Shown in pieces: positions 8,378-17,707 of a DNA stretch of 44,910 nt (positions are counted from its first letter, which is position 1; each line of letters begins with the position of its first letter). The stretch is from Desulfobacterales bacterium. GTDB lineage: Bacteria > Desulfobacterota > Desulfobacteria > Desulfobacterales > UBA2174. Both the position numbers and the translations under genes were made by a program. The notes beneath the pieces were generated by a model. That model did not search any database. It saw nothing but the letters and a program-made list of their open reading frames with translations, and was not told the origin of the DNA. The stretch spans positions 1-44,910 of the forward strand of contig CAXXWC010000009.1 in NCBI GenBank assembly GCA_963668645.2. The letters run 5' to 3'.

Positions 8378-8672
8378 CTCAACGGCACAGCCCCACCGGA
8401 CCCACCGGCGGCCCTGTCGATAAAGCCGATCCAGATTGCCCTGGAAAAAAGCGGCCGGAATATGGGCCGGTCGTATCCCCTCGGTGCCGGCCGGGTGAAC
8501 TCTACGTTCGGATTTGGCCATGAAAAAGGAAGCCGCAGTTCCAGTTGAACCATGAGATCCGAAGCCCTCCGCCCTGGTGCACCGTGGCGATACGGCCGGC
8601 CCCCGTTGTCTTGCTGGCTCGAATCCGTCCATTTCGGCTTCAGCGTGAATTGCTCAACAAGACCAGCCCAAA

Positions 8673-8701
8673 TTGACACGCCGCGGGAACTTCTATAGTA
8701 T
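8673..8701 (+). promoter_or_regulatory. Sigma-70-type promoter for the acyl-CoA ligase
   Basis: TTGACA (8673-8678), 17-nt spacer, TAGTAT (8696-8701). Confidence 0.65.
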
Positions 8702-8856
8702 CACTCTAATATCCGCCTTTCGCATTGCGTATCCCAAGGTTCCATCCTCTATCCGAAGCGCAGCGCCGATTGCTCTGTAGGCGTTGGCAGGCCGCCATTG
8801 TTGCCGCCCGCCGGCACCCGGGCGGCCCATGGTTAAACCTTCGAAAGGAGACCGCC

Positions 8857-10593
8857 ATGCCCCACCTTCCCTGGCCCACCCCGAAATGGCCCCAGGACGT
8901 CCCGCACGAGATCTCAGACTTCGACAAGCCGCTTTTCAGCCTCCTGACCGAGGCCGCCCGCCAATGGCCTGGACAGGTGTACACCATCTTCAACGACGGG
9001 ACCCGCACCTTCGCCCGGGTGAACGATACCGCCAACCGGGTGGCCAATTTTCTGCTTTCAAGGGGAATCGCCAAAGGCGACCGGGTGGCGATTTTCCTGC
9101 CCAATATTCCCCAGTATCCGGAAATCTACTTCGGAATCCTCAAGATGGGCGGGGTCTGCGTGACCTGCAACCCGCTGTATACCGCCGCCGAACTTAAGCA
9201 CCAGCTCGAGGATGCCGGTGCCCGGGCGGTGTTTTGTATGGACCATCCCGGGTTTTATCCCACTGCGGTCCAGGCCGTGGAAGGAACAAAGGTCAAAACC
9301 GTGGTGGTCTGCAACATCAAGTCGTACCTGCCGGCGCTCAAAGGATTTCTCGGGGGGCTGTTGGGAAAAATCCCCAAGGCCGCCGGCCACCGGCCGGGTC
9401 ACCTGTTTTACGACAGTGTGGTCGGGTCCGCCGAAAGCCGCCCTCCGGCGGTGGAGATCGATCCGGCCGAGGATCTGGCGGTGGTGATCTACACCGGCGG
9501 CACCACCGGCGTGCCCAAGGGAGCAGCCCTGACCCACGCCAACCTGGTCTTCGACGTGATGGCCCTGGACGCCTGGATGCGCATCCCGCAAACCGATAAG
9601 GGTGTCCCGGAAACCTTGCGCACCGGTGGATTCCACTGCTTTCTGGGCGTCTTGCCCTTCTATCACAGCTTCGGCATGACCATTTTGATGCTCTGGTCCT
9701 GCCACAGCGGCAGCCGCCTGGTCTGCATCCCGGATCCGCGGGCCGGAAATCCACCCTTTACCGAGGTGCTCAAGGCGGTCCAAAAATACCGCACCACGAT
9801 CCTGGCCGGGGTGCCGACAATCTACTCGGCCTTTGCCAATCATCCGCTGCTGGACCGCTTCGATCTTTCCTCGGTCATGGGCTGCGGCTCGGGCGGGGCC
9901 CCGCTGCCGGTGGAGGTGGCCAAAAAATTCGAACACAAAACCGGTGGGGTCATCTTCGAAGCCTACGGGCTGAGCGAAACCGCGCCCTTGGCCACGGCCA
10001 ACCCGAGCGATCGCGAAACGCGCAAGTTCGGTTCGGTGGGATTTCCCATATCCAACACGGATGTGAAGATCCTGCAGGTGGAGACCGGAGAGGAGCTGGA
10101 CCGGGGCCAGGATGGCGAAATCGCCATCAGTGGCCCCCAGGTGATGAGCGGCTACTGGAACAAACCAGATGAAAACGAGGCCGTCTTCCGTCGCATCGAG
10201 GGCCGGCGCTATTTTCTGACCGGCGACATCGGCCACATCGACGACGAAGGGTATATCGTGATCACCGACCGCAAGAAGGATCTGATCCTGGTGGGTGGAT
10301 TCAACTGCTATCCGCGAGAGGTCGAAGAGGTCCTCTACGCCCATCCCAAGGTGGCCCTGGCGGCGGTGGTGGGCGTGCCGGACCCGCACAGCGGTGAGCG
10401 GGTCAAGGCATTTGTCCAGCTTTTAGCGGGTCAGACGGCCACCGAGGCGCAGATCATCGCCTTTTGCAAGGAGCGCCTGGCCGGTTACAAGGTCCCGCGG
10501 TCGGTGGAATTCCGCCAAAGCCTGCCCACCTCGGTGGTGGGCAAGGTGCTGCGCCGTGTGCTGCGCGACGAGGCGCGGGCAAGGCCCGGATAA
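8857..10593 (+). CDS. fadD: Long-chain-fatty-acid--CoA ligase (AMP-binding family)
   Basis: YTGGTTGVPKG, YGLSET, TGDIG, DRKKDLI, LPTSVVGKVLRR; start moved to ATG 8857 after RBS AAGGAG. Confidence 0.92.
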   Translation: MPHLPWPTPKWPQDVPHEISDFDKPLFSLLTEAARQWPGQVYTIFNDGTRTFARVNDTANRVANFLLSRGIAKGDRVAIFLPNIPQYPEIYFGILKMGGVCVTCNPLYTAAELKHQLEDAGARAVFCMDHPGFYPTAVQAVEGTKVKTVVVCNIKSYLPALKGFLGGLLGKIPKAAGHRPGHLFYDSVVGSAESRPPAVEIDPAEDLAVVIYTGGTTGVPKGAALTHANLVFDVMALDAWMRIPQTDKGVPETLRTGGFHCFLGVLPFYHSFGMTILMLWSCHSGSRLVCIPDPRAGNPPFTEVLKAVQKYRTTILAGVPTIYSAFANHPLLDRFDLSSVMGCGSGGAPLPVEVAKKFEHKTGGVIFEAYGLSETAPLATANPSDRETRKFGSVGFPISNTDVKILQVETGEELDRGQDGEIAISGPQVMSGYWNKPDENEAVFRRIEGRRYFLTGDIGHIDDEGYIVITDRKKDLILVGGFNCYPREVEEVLYAHPKVALAAVVGVPDPHSGERVKAFVQLLAGQTATEAQIIAFCKERLAGYKVPRSVEFRQSLPTSVVGKVLRRVLRDEARARPG

Positions 10594-10625
10594 GCACAAC
10601 CCGCCGGCCCCCGAGCGACATGCCC

Positions 10626-10695
10626 GGGAACACCAAGCCCCGGCTTGGCATGTCAGTTGCTTTTTTGCCTTTTGGCCGAGCCGGGGCCCGGCGTT
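10626..10695. repeat. REP doublet of the same family as those flanking the RAYT gene; overlaps a possible terminator hairpin
   Basis: GGGAACACCAAGCCCCGGCTTGGC (10626-10649) and inverted GCCGAGCCGGGGCCCGGCGTT (10675-10695) resemble GGAGCGCCAAGCCCCAGCTTGGC at 22674; lies between convergent genes; GACATGCC...GGCATGTC followed shortly by a T-tract. Confidence 0.7.
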
Positions 10696-10754
10696 GAAGA
10701 GGTAAAAAGGCGATCGATACCGGTTTTTGAAAAGCGATCAGGATCGGACCCGAT

Positions 10755-12224
10755 TCACTTTTCGCCTGGTACGCCGTCGGCCGACAGGACCATCCGGATC
10801 TGGTTGCGTCCCTGTTTTTTGGCCTCGTAGAGAGCTTCGTCGGCCGCCTTGACAAGCCTTACAAAGTCTCCACGCCCGTCAAAGCAGGCCACGCCGAAGC
10901 TCGCCGTGATGCGGATCTCCCGCGCCGCGGCATAATAGGGTGCAACGGCGATACGGCGGCGGATCTTTTCGGCCGCCACGCAAGCGCCCTCCAAGCCCGT
11001 ATCCGGCAGCAGCACCATGAATTCCTCGCCCCCCCACCGGGCCACCGTATCCTGGGATCGCAGCATGCTCTTCATCCGGATCCCCGTTTCGACCAGGATA
11101 CTATCGCCGACGTCGTGCCCGAAATCGTCGTTCACCGCTTTGAAATGATCCAGATCGGCCATGGCGATGGAAAAAGGCAAACCGCTGCGCCGATGGCGGG
11201 CGATCTCGTTTTCGAGCCGTTCGAGCATGGCGCGGCGGTTGTAAAGGCGCGTCAGGGGATCGGTTATCGCCGCCTCCTCAAGAGCCTTCTGGGCGCTGAT
11301 GCGCTCGGCAATGGCCTGGGTGAGCCGGTCGTTGACCTCTTTGAGATCGGCGGTGCGCTGGCGGACCCGGATTTTCAGTTCATCCCTGGAACGGCCTATA
11401 TCTTCAAAGGCCTGCACGCTCTTTTGTTCGGCGCGGCCCAGTGCGTCGGACATGTCGTTGAATGCGTTGATGAGCCGATCGAAATCGTCCTGGGTGTGCA
11501 TCTCGATGTGTTCGTCGTACCTTCCGGCGGCGATGGACGTGCAGCGCGAGATGACCGTGCGGATGGGTCTCATGAACCGGCTGGCCAGGTATCTTGAAAA
11601 CAGGAATGCCATCAGAATCGACGCGACCAATGAGAGAATGCCGGAAAGGCGCAAGCTGCGTTGTTTGGCAGACACTTTGTCGGCGCGCATGTCGATACCG
11701 ACCAGATACTGCCCCGCACTGTTCTTGATCGGCGCATAGCCCGAGAGAAAAGTCCCCCATTCGTCCTTACTGATCCGATCATCCACCGATAGTCCGGTAA
11801 ATCCCCGCATGAGGCTGGGCAAACTGTTCGGGTATTCTTTGCCCGGCAGGGCCTGACCCTCCGATTCATCCGAGTCGATGACGAAATAAACCCTTTCGCC
11901 CTCCTGGCGCATCACATATAGATAGGCGATATCCGAATTCATGCGACGCAATATGCGCAGCTTTTCAAGGTTGGCCTTGTAAGCGGGCCGGCCGGCATCT
12001 TCGGGACTGCGAATGGCGCGGATCTGATCGGCATCGATGGTCTGGCTGATCAGGGCGGCACTGGCCTGCAGCCGCTCTTTCAACCCGTTCATCAGGCTCT
12101 CGGCGGCGCTGGTGTAAAAATAGGTCCCGATACTGCCGGAGACCACCAGTACGGCAAACAGATGACTCAAAAAGAGCTTCAACCTTAGTGACATATGAAG
12201 ATTCATCCGTTTTCTCGCTTTCAC
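10755..12224 (-). CDS. Membrane diguanylate cyclase (periplasmic sensor - HAMP - GGDEF)
   Basis: Two TM segments, HAMP-like region, TDPLTRLYNRR, DLDHFKAVNDDFGHDVGD, ARWGGEEF, RSQD I-site (RxxD). The exact start is uncertain. Confidence 0.93.
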   Translation of the reverse strand: MKARKRMNLHMSLRLKLFLSHLFAVLVVSGSIGTYFYTSAAESLMNGLKERLQASAALISQTIDADQIRAIRSPEDAGRPAYKANLEKLRILRRMNSDIAYLYVMRQEGERVYFVIDSDESEGQALPGKEYPNSLPSLMRGFTGLSVDDRISKDEWGTFLSGYAPIKNSAGQYLVGIDMRADKVSAKQRSLRLSGILSLVASILMAFLFSRYLASRFMRPIRTVISRCTSIAAGRYDEHIEMHTQDDFDRLINAFNDMSDALGRAEQKSVQAFEDIGRSRDELKIRVRQRTADLKEVNDRLTQAIAERISAQKALEEAAITDPLTRLYNRRAMLERLENEIARHRRSGLPFSIAMADLDHFKAVNDDFGHDVGDSILVETGIRMKSMLRSQDTVARWGGEEFMVLLPDTGLEGACVAAEKIRRRIAVAPYYAAAREIRITASFGVACFDGRGDFVRLVKAADEALYEAKKQGRNQIRMVLSADGVPGEK

Positions 12225-12388
12225 CGTGCTCGATTTGGTCCTGGACAGTCAAACCGCCGCCGGCATCATGGGGTGGAACGGCAACGCTGGCAAGCAACAA
12301 GGACGATGATAGCCGATCTTAGCCGATTACGGCGTGAGCGGGAATACCCCAAAAAAAACGACGCAGTATCGTTTCCGGCGCTTTCATC

Positions 12389-12437
12389 TTGACAAGGCGA
12401 CAGGCAGTTCATATTGTGACGTTTCGTTCACGAAACG
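12389..12437 (+). promoter_or_regulatory. Sigma-70 promoter plus palindromic operator upstream of tetR
   Basis: TTGACA (12389-12394), 17 nt, TATTGT (12412-12417); perfect inverted repeat CGTTTCGT-TC-ACGAAACG at 12420-12437. Confidence 0.7.
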
Positions 12438-12490
12438 ATGATTTATTCATGACCCGTACCACCGCACCTTTTGAGGTTGGAACGCTCTTG

Positions 12491-13129
12491 ATGGACGACC
12501 GAAAGAAAATACCGAGACGCGAAAGAGAACGACTGCGCCAACGCAGGGAAATTCTGGCCGCCGCCCTTGGGCTGTTTTCCTTAAAAGGGTATCATAGCGT
12601 ATCGATGCACGAAATTGCTGCCAAGGCCGAATTCGCCGTGGGGACCCTCTACAAGTTTTTCAAAAACAAGGAGGACCTTTACCGGACTTTGCTCCTCGAG
12701 CAGGCCGAGGACTTTCACGAAGTGCTCACCCGGGCCATCGAAGGCCCCGGTGAGGAAATCGACGAGGTCGAAAAACTGCGCCGCTTTGTCGAGGCCAAAA
12801 ACGACCACTTCCGCACCCATGCCGCGCGCCTGCGTCTCTTTCTGGCCGAAATCCGGGGCGCGTCGAACCTCAAGGACCTGTCCGGCTTCCACAACAAGAT
12901 GCGCATGCGCCACTGGCGCGCGTTGCACAAGCTGGCTGCCGTCTTCGAAAAAGGCATTCTGAACGGACGTTTCGAGTCGATCGCGCCGCCTTATAATCTG
13001 GCCGTGGCCCTCGACAGTCTCACCAGTACCCTGCTGCTTTTATGGCTCGAAGCGCCCGAGGACCATCCCTACCCGAACGATCCGGACGCGATCCTCAACA
13101 TTCTTTTCAAAGGACTGCTAAAACTCTGA
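12491..13129 (+). CDS. TetR/AcrR family transcriptional regulator
   Basis: HTH ILAAALGLFSLKGYHSVSMHEIAAKAEFAVGTLYKFFKNKEDL; likely start ATG 12491 (12449 is an alternative). Confidence 0.93.
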   Translation: MDDRKKIPRRERERLRQRREILAAALGLFSLKGYHSVSMHEIAAKAEFAVGTLYKFFKNKEDLYRTLLLEQAEDFHEVLTRAIEGPGEEIDEVEKLRRFVEAKNDHFRTHAARLRLFLAEIRGASNLKDLSGFHNKMRMRHWRALHKLAAVFEKGILNGRFESIAPPYNLAVALDSLTSTLLLLWLEAPEDHPYPNDPDAILNILFKGLLKL

Positions 13130-13189
13130 AAATTTAGGGTAAAGCAACGTTTCGCGCCCTAACCGGTTACTTTTTCACGGAGGCTATCG

Positions 13190-14506
13190 ATGCAATCGGC
13201 CAGTGCTTTTTCCAGATTATCTCACCAGAAACTGATCCTCCTCGGCCTGGTCAGCCTGCTTCTCTGGGGTTGCGGCCGCCCGGCCCAGTCCCAGCAGACC
13301 GCCGCCCTGCCCGAAGTGGCCACGGTGACCGTGACGCCGCAATCGGTGGCGCTGACCACCGAACTGCCCGGGCGCACCGCGTCTTACCGGGTGGCAGAGA
13401 TCCGACCCCAGGTCAACGGCCTCATCAAAAAGCGCCTCTTTACCGAAGGCAGCGATGTCAAGGCCGGCCAGGTACTCTACCAGATCGATCCAGCCCCGTT
13501 TCAGGCGGCCATGGACAACGCCACGGCCACCCTCACGGTCAGCCAAAAGAATTTCGACCGATCCCGGGCTTCGCTGACGGCCGCCATCGCCGCGGTGACC
13601 CAGCAGAAGGCCACCCTGGCCCTGGCCCAAACCAACCGCCAACGCTTCGAGGAGGCCTTTGCCGCCAATGCCGTTTCGGCCAGCCAGCGCGACCAAGCCG
13701 TCACCGAGGCCGAGGTCGCCGCGGCGGCTCTCGATGCGGTCCAGGCCCGGGTGGCAAGCGAACGCAAGGCCGTCGCCGCGGCCGAAGCGTCCATCGCCCA
13801 GGCCAAGGCCGCCCGCAAGTCCACCGCCATCAACCTCGCCTATACCAAGATCACCGCCCCGATTTCCGGGCGCATCGGCAAATCGAGCGTCACCGACGGA
13901 GCCATCGTCACGGCCTACCAGCCCGTGCCGTTGGCCACCATCCAACAGCTCGATCCGATTTACGTCGACGTGCCCCAATCGACCAGCGAACTGCTGCGCT
14001 GGCAGCGCAACCTCGGCACGGGCCAACTCGTCGCCGATCCGCAAACCGCGCGCAAGGTGGACCTGCTGCTGGAAGACGGCACGCCTTTCGGCATCCAGGG
14101 AATACTGCAATTCAGGGACGTCACCGTGGATCCGACCACCGGTTCGATCATCCTGCGCATGGTCTTTCCCAACCCCAATGGCATCCTCCTGCCGGGCATG
14201 TTCGTACGGACCTTGGTCCAGGAAGGAACCGCCGGAAACGCCATCCTCGTGCCCCAGCAGGGCGTGGCGCGTAATCCCAAGGGCGACCCCATCGCCTGGA
14301 TCGTCGACGAAAACGGTAAGGTCGCCCAGCGCATGCTGACCCTCGACCGGGCCATCGGCGACCAGTGGCTCGTCTCTTCCGGTTTGAACCCCGGCGACCG
14401 GCTCATCGTCGAGGGCCGCCAGCGGGTCCGGCCGGGAATGCCGGTCAAGGCTGTCGACTTCCAGAAGCCGGCCCCTAACCCGGCCAAAACCGCCCAGCCC
14501 GCCTGA
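13190..14506 (+). CDS. RND efflux periplasmic adaptor (AcrA/MexA-like lipoprotein)
   Basis: Lipobox LLWGC, ELPGRT..RVAEIRPQVNG, TKITAPISGRIG, VDPTTG, LLPGMFV. Confidence 0.95.
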   Translation: MQSASAFSRLSHQKLILLGLVSLLLWGCGRPAQSQQTAALPEVATVTVTPQSVALTTELPGRTASYRVAEIRPQVNGLIKKRLFTEGSDVKAGQVLYQIDPAPFQAAMDNATATLTVSQKNFDRSRASLTAAIAAVTQQKATLALAQTNRQRFEEAFAANAVSASQRDQAVTEAEVAAAALDAVQARVASERKAVAAAEASIAQAKAARKSTAINLAYTKITAPISGRIGKSSVTDGAIVTAYQPVPLATIQQLDPIYVDVPQSTSELLRWQRNLGTGQLVADPQTARKVDLLLEDGTPFGIQGILQFRDVTVDPTTGSIILRMVFPNPNGILLPGMFVRTLVQEGTAGNAILVPQQGVARNPKGDPIAWIVDENGKVAQRMLTLDRAIGDQWLVSSGLNPGDRLIVEGRQRVRPGMPVKAVDFQKPAPNPAKTAQPA

Positions 14507-14531
14507 GCCGCGTTTAGCACGGAGGAAACCG

Positions 14532-17500
14532 ATGTTAGCCAAATTCTTCCTCGATCGCCCGGTCTTCGCCTGGGTCATCGCCATCAGTATCATGCTCGGC
14601 GGCGCGCTGGCCATCCACAAGCTGCCCATATCGCAGTACCCGCCCATCGCTCCGCCGTCGATTTCCATCACGGCCGTCTACCCGGGAGCCTCGGCCGAAA
14701 CCGTTGAAAACACGGTGGTTCAGATCATCGAGCAGAAGATGACCGGACTGGACAACATGCTCTACGTCTCGGCCACCAGCGACTCTTCCGGCCAGGCCGA
14801 ACTCACCCTGACCTTCACCCCGGGCACCGACCCGGATCTGGCCTGGTCCAAAGTCCAGAACAAGCTCCAGCTCGCCATGCCGAGCCTGCCCGAGGTGGTC
14901 CAGGCCCGGGGGGTAACGGTGAGCAAGTCCACCCGCAACTACCTTTTGCTCGTCGGCCTGACCTGCGAGGACGGGAGCATGGACAGCCACGACCTGGGCG
15001 ACTATCTCAACTCGAACATCGAAAAGATCCTTGCCCGGGTGCCGGGGGTCGGCGAGGTGGAGGTCTTCTCGCCCCAGTACGCCATGCGGGTCTGGTTCAA
15101 CCCGGACAAATTGACCAGCTTCAACCTCACCGTGGCTGACGTGGTGGCGGCCCTGCGGTCCTACAACGTGGAGGTTTCGGCCGGGGCCCTGGGCGGTGAA
15201 CCTGCGGTGGCAGGCCAGCGGCTCAATGCGGCCATCGTGGTCCAGAACCTGCTCCAGACCCCCGAACAATTCGCCGCCATCCCCATCCGCACCAACCCGG
15301 ACGGATCGGTGACCCGGGTCAGTGACGTGGCCCGTACCGAACTGGGGGTCGAGTCGTACGGTTTCAACGGCCTATACAACGGCCTGCCCACCGCGGCCCT
15401 GGCCATCCGCCAGGCTGCCGGGGCCAATGCCCTGGATACCGCCGATGCGGTGCGGGCCAAGATGGACGAGCTTTCCCGGTACTTTCCCCCCGGTATGAAA
15501 GTGATGTACCCCTATGACACCACCCCCTTTGTGAAAGTGGCCATCGACGAGGTGGTCAAAACCCTTTTCGAGGCCATCATCCTGGTCTTTCTGGTGATGT
15601 TTCTCTTTCTGGGGAGCTTCAGGGCCACCCTGATTCCTACGATCGCCGTGCCGGTGGTCATCCTCGGCACCTTTGGTGTTTTAAGCCTTTTCGGTTTTTC
15701 CATCAACATGCTCACCATGTTTGCCATGGTCCTGGCCATCGGCCTTCTGGTGGATGATGCCATCGTGGTGGTGGAGAACGTCGAACGCATCATGCACGAC
15801 GAAGGGCTGCCGGCCAAGGAGGCCACGGCCAAGTCCATGGAGGAGATCACCAGCGCCCTGATCGGCATCGGCCTGGTCCTTTCGGCGGTCTTCGGGCCCA
15901 TGGCCTTTTTTCCGGGTTCCACCGGTGTCATCTACCGCCAGTTCTCCCTGACCATCATCTCTTCGATGCTCCTTTCGGTGGTGGTGGCCCTGATTTTGAC
16001 CCCGGTGCTTTGCGCCTCGCTGCTCAAACCGGTCCACGCCCGGGACAAGGGGCAGGTCTTTTTCAAGCCGTTCCGTGCCTTCAACAACCGTTTCAACAAC
16101 GGTTTCAACCGGGTGCGGGGCGTCTACATGGCCATGGTGGGGGCGATCCTCGCCCGGCGTCTGCGCTCTCTGCTCTGCTTCCTGCTCATCGTGGGCGGCC
16201 TGGGGTACCTGTTCCAGAAAATGCCCACGGGCTACCTGCCTGACGAGGATCAGGGGCTGATGATCGCCATGGTCCAGCTGCCCACCGGCTCGACTACCCA
16301 GCAGACCGAAAAGGTTCTGGACAAGGTCCGAAAATACCTGCTAGAAGACGAAAAAGAGGCCGTGGCCTCCCTTTTCACCCTGGCGGGGGAGAGCCTTGCC
16401 GGCCGCGGGCAGAATATGGGCCTTGCCTTTATCAAGCTCAAAGACTGGGACCTGCGCCAGCGCCCCGACCTGAAGGTCGACGCCGTGGCCGGGCGTGCCA
16501 TGCGCCATTTTGCCGGTTTCCGCGAGGGGCTCGCCTTTGCCTTTGCCCCGCCGGCCGTGGTGGAGCTGGGCTCTGCCAAGGGCTTTGACTTCGAACTCCA
16601 GGACCGTGGCGGCCTGGGCCACAAGGCCCTCATGGCGGCCCGGAACCAGCTTCTGGGTATGGCGGCCACCGACCCGCGCCTGATGGCCGTGCGGCCCAAC
16701 GGCATGAACGACACCCCCGAGTACCGCATCGACGTGGACTGGGAAAAGGCCGGCACCCTCGGGGTGCCGATCTCCACGATCCACAGCACCATCTCGGCGG
16801 CCCTGGGTAGCGCCTACGTCAACGACTTCATCCAGAACGGACGGATCAAGCGGGTCTATCTCCAGGCCGACGCCCCGTTCCGAATGCTGCCGAGCGATCT
16901 CGACAAATTCTATTTTCGCGGTGCCAGCGGCACCATGGTGCCCTACTCGGCCGTGGCCAAGGGGCGCTGGAGCGAGGGCTCGCCGCGCCTGGAGCGCTAC
17001 AACGCCTTTCCGGCGATGAACATCCAGGGCGAACCGGCACCGGGCAAAAGCTCGGGCGAGGCCATGGCCGCCATGGAGGAGATCGTATCCAAGCTGCCCC
17101 AGGGAATCGGCTTCGACTGGACCGGTCTGTCCTACCAGGAGCGCATGGCCGGCTCCCAGGCCGGCATGCTCTACGCCGTGTCGGTCCTTGCGATCTTTCT
17201 GTGCCTGGCGGCCCTCTACGAGAGTTGGCCGATTCCGATCTCCATCCTCCTGGCCCTGCCCTTGGGGGCCATCGGCGGGGTGATGGCCTCTTCCCTGCGC
17301 GGGCTGCCCAACGACGTCTACTTCCAGATCGGACTGCTGACCACTCTGGGGCTGACCACCAAGAACGCCATTCTCATCGTTCAGTTCGCCCGGGCCAAGC
17401 GCGAGAAAGAAGGGATGCGCCTGATCGCCGCCACCCTGGAAGGGGCCCGGCTGCGGTTCCGGCCCATCGTCATGACCTCCCTGGCCTTCGGCTTCGGGGT

Positions 17501-17705
17501 CCTGCCCCTGGTTGTGGCCAACGGTGCCGGGGCCGGGGCCCAGCAGGCCATCGGCACCTCGGTGCTCGGCGGCATGATCACCGGCACCGTGCTGGTGACC
17601 CTGTTCACCCCGCTGTTCTACGTTCTGATCGTCCGGCTTTTCCGCCAGAAGGTGGGAAAGGAAAAGACCGTTCAGCACTTACCCGAATCCGTCAAGGAAT
17701 CGTAA
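14532..17705 (+). CDS. RND efflux permease (AcrB/MexB-like, HAE1)
   Basis: MLAKFFLDRPVFAWVI, LPISQYPPIAPP, GLLVDDAIVVVENVER, KNAILIV, RFRPIVMTSLAF; 1057 aa. Confidence 0.97.
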   Translation: MLAKFFLDRPVFAWVIAISIMLGGALAIHKLPISQYPPIAPPSISITAVYPGASAETVENTVVQIIEQKMTGLDNMLYVSATSDSSGQAELTLTFTPGTDPDLAWSKVQNKLQLAMPSLPEVVQARGVTVSKSTRNYLLLVGLTCEDGSMDSHDLGDYLNSNIEKILARVPGVGEVEVFSPQYAMRVWFNPDKLTSFNLTVADVVAALRSYNVEVSAGALGGEPAVAGQRLNAAIVVQNLLQTPEQFAAIPIRTNPDGSVTRVSDVARTELGVESYGFNGLYNGLPTAALAIRQAAGANALDTADAVRAKMDELSRYFPPGMKVMYPYDTTPFVKVAIDEVVKTLFEAIILVFLVMFLFLGSFRATLIPTIAVPVVILGTFGVLSLFGFSINMLTMFAMVLAIGLLVDDAIVVVENVERIMHDEGLPAKEATAKSMEEITSALIGIGLVLSAVFGPMAFFPGSTGVIYRQFSLTIISSMLLSVVVALILTPVLCASLLKPVHARDKGQVFFKPFRAFNNRFNNGFNRVRGVYMAMVGAILARRLRSLLCFLLIVGGLGYLFQKMPTGYLPDEDQGLMIAMVQLPTGSTTQQTEKVLDKVRKYLLEDEKEAVASLFTLAGESLAGRGQNMGLAFIKLKDWDLRQRPDLKVDAVAGRAMRHFAGFREGLAFAFAPPAVVELGSAKGFDFELQDRGGLGHKALMAARNQLLGMAATDPRLMAVRPNGMNDTPEYRIDVDWEKAGTLGVPISTIHSTISAALGSAYVNDFIQNGRIKRVYLQADAPFRMLPSDLDKFYFRGASGTMVPYSAVAKGRWSEGSPRLERYNAFPAMNIQGEPAPGKSSGEAMAAMEEIVSKLPQGIGFDWTGLSYQERMAGSQAGMLYAVSVLAIFLCLAALYESWPIPISILLALPLGAIGGVMASSLRGLPNDVYFQIGLLTTLGLTTKNAILIVQFARAKREKEGMRLIAATLEGARLRFRPIVMTSLAFGFGVLPLVVANGAGAGAQQAIGTSVLGGMITGTVLVTLFTPLFYVLIVRLFRQKVGKEKTVQHLPESVKES

Positions 17706-17707
17706 AG

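Noticed and set aside
8131..8679. 182-aa ORF or a lysine/SAM riboswitch upstream of kamA
   Set aside because: The ORF runs through promoter elements and looks non-coding; no riboswitch consensus or terminator was recognisable by eye (an Rfam scan would settle it).
17201..17707. N-terminal 169 aa of the 637-aa ORF
   Set aside because: Overlaps the RND permease; the real lipoprotein starts at ATG 17708.
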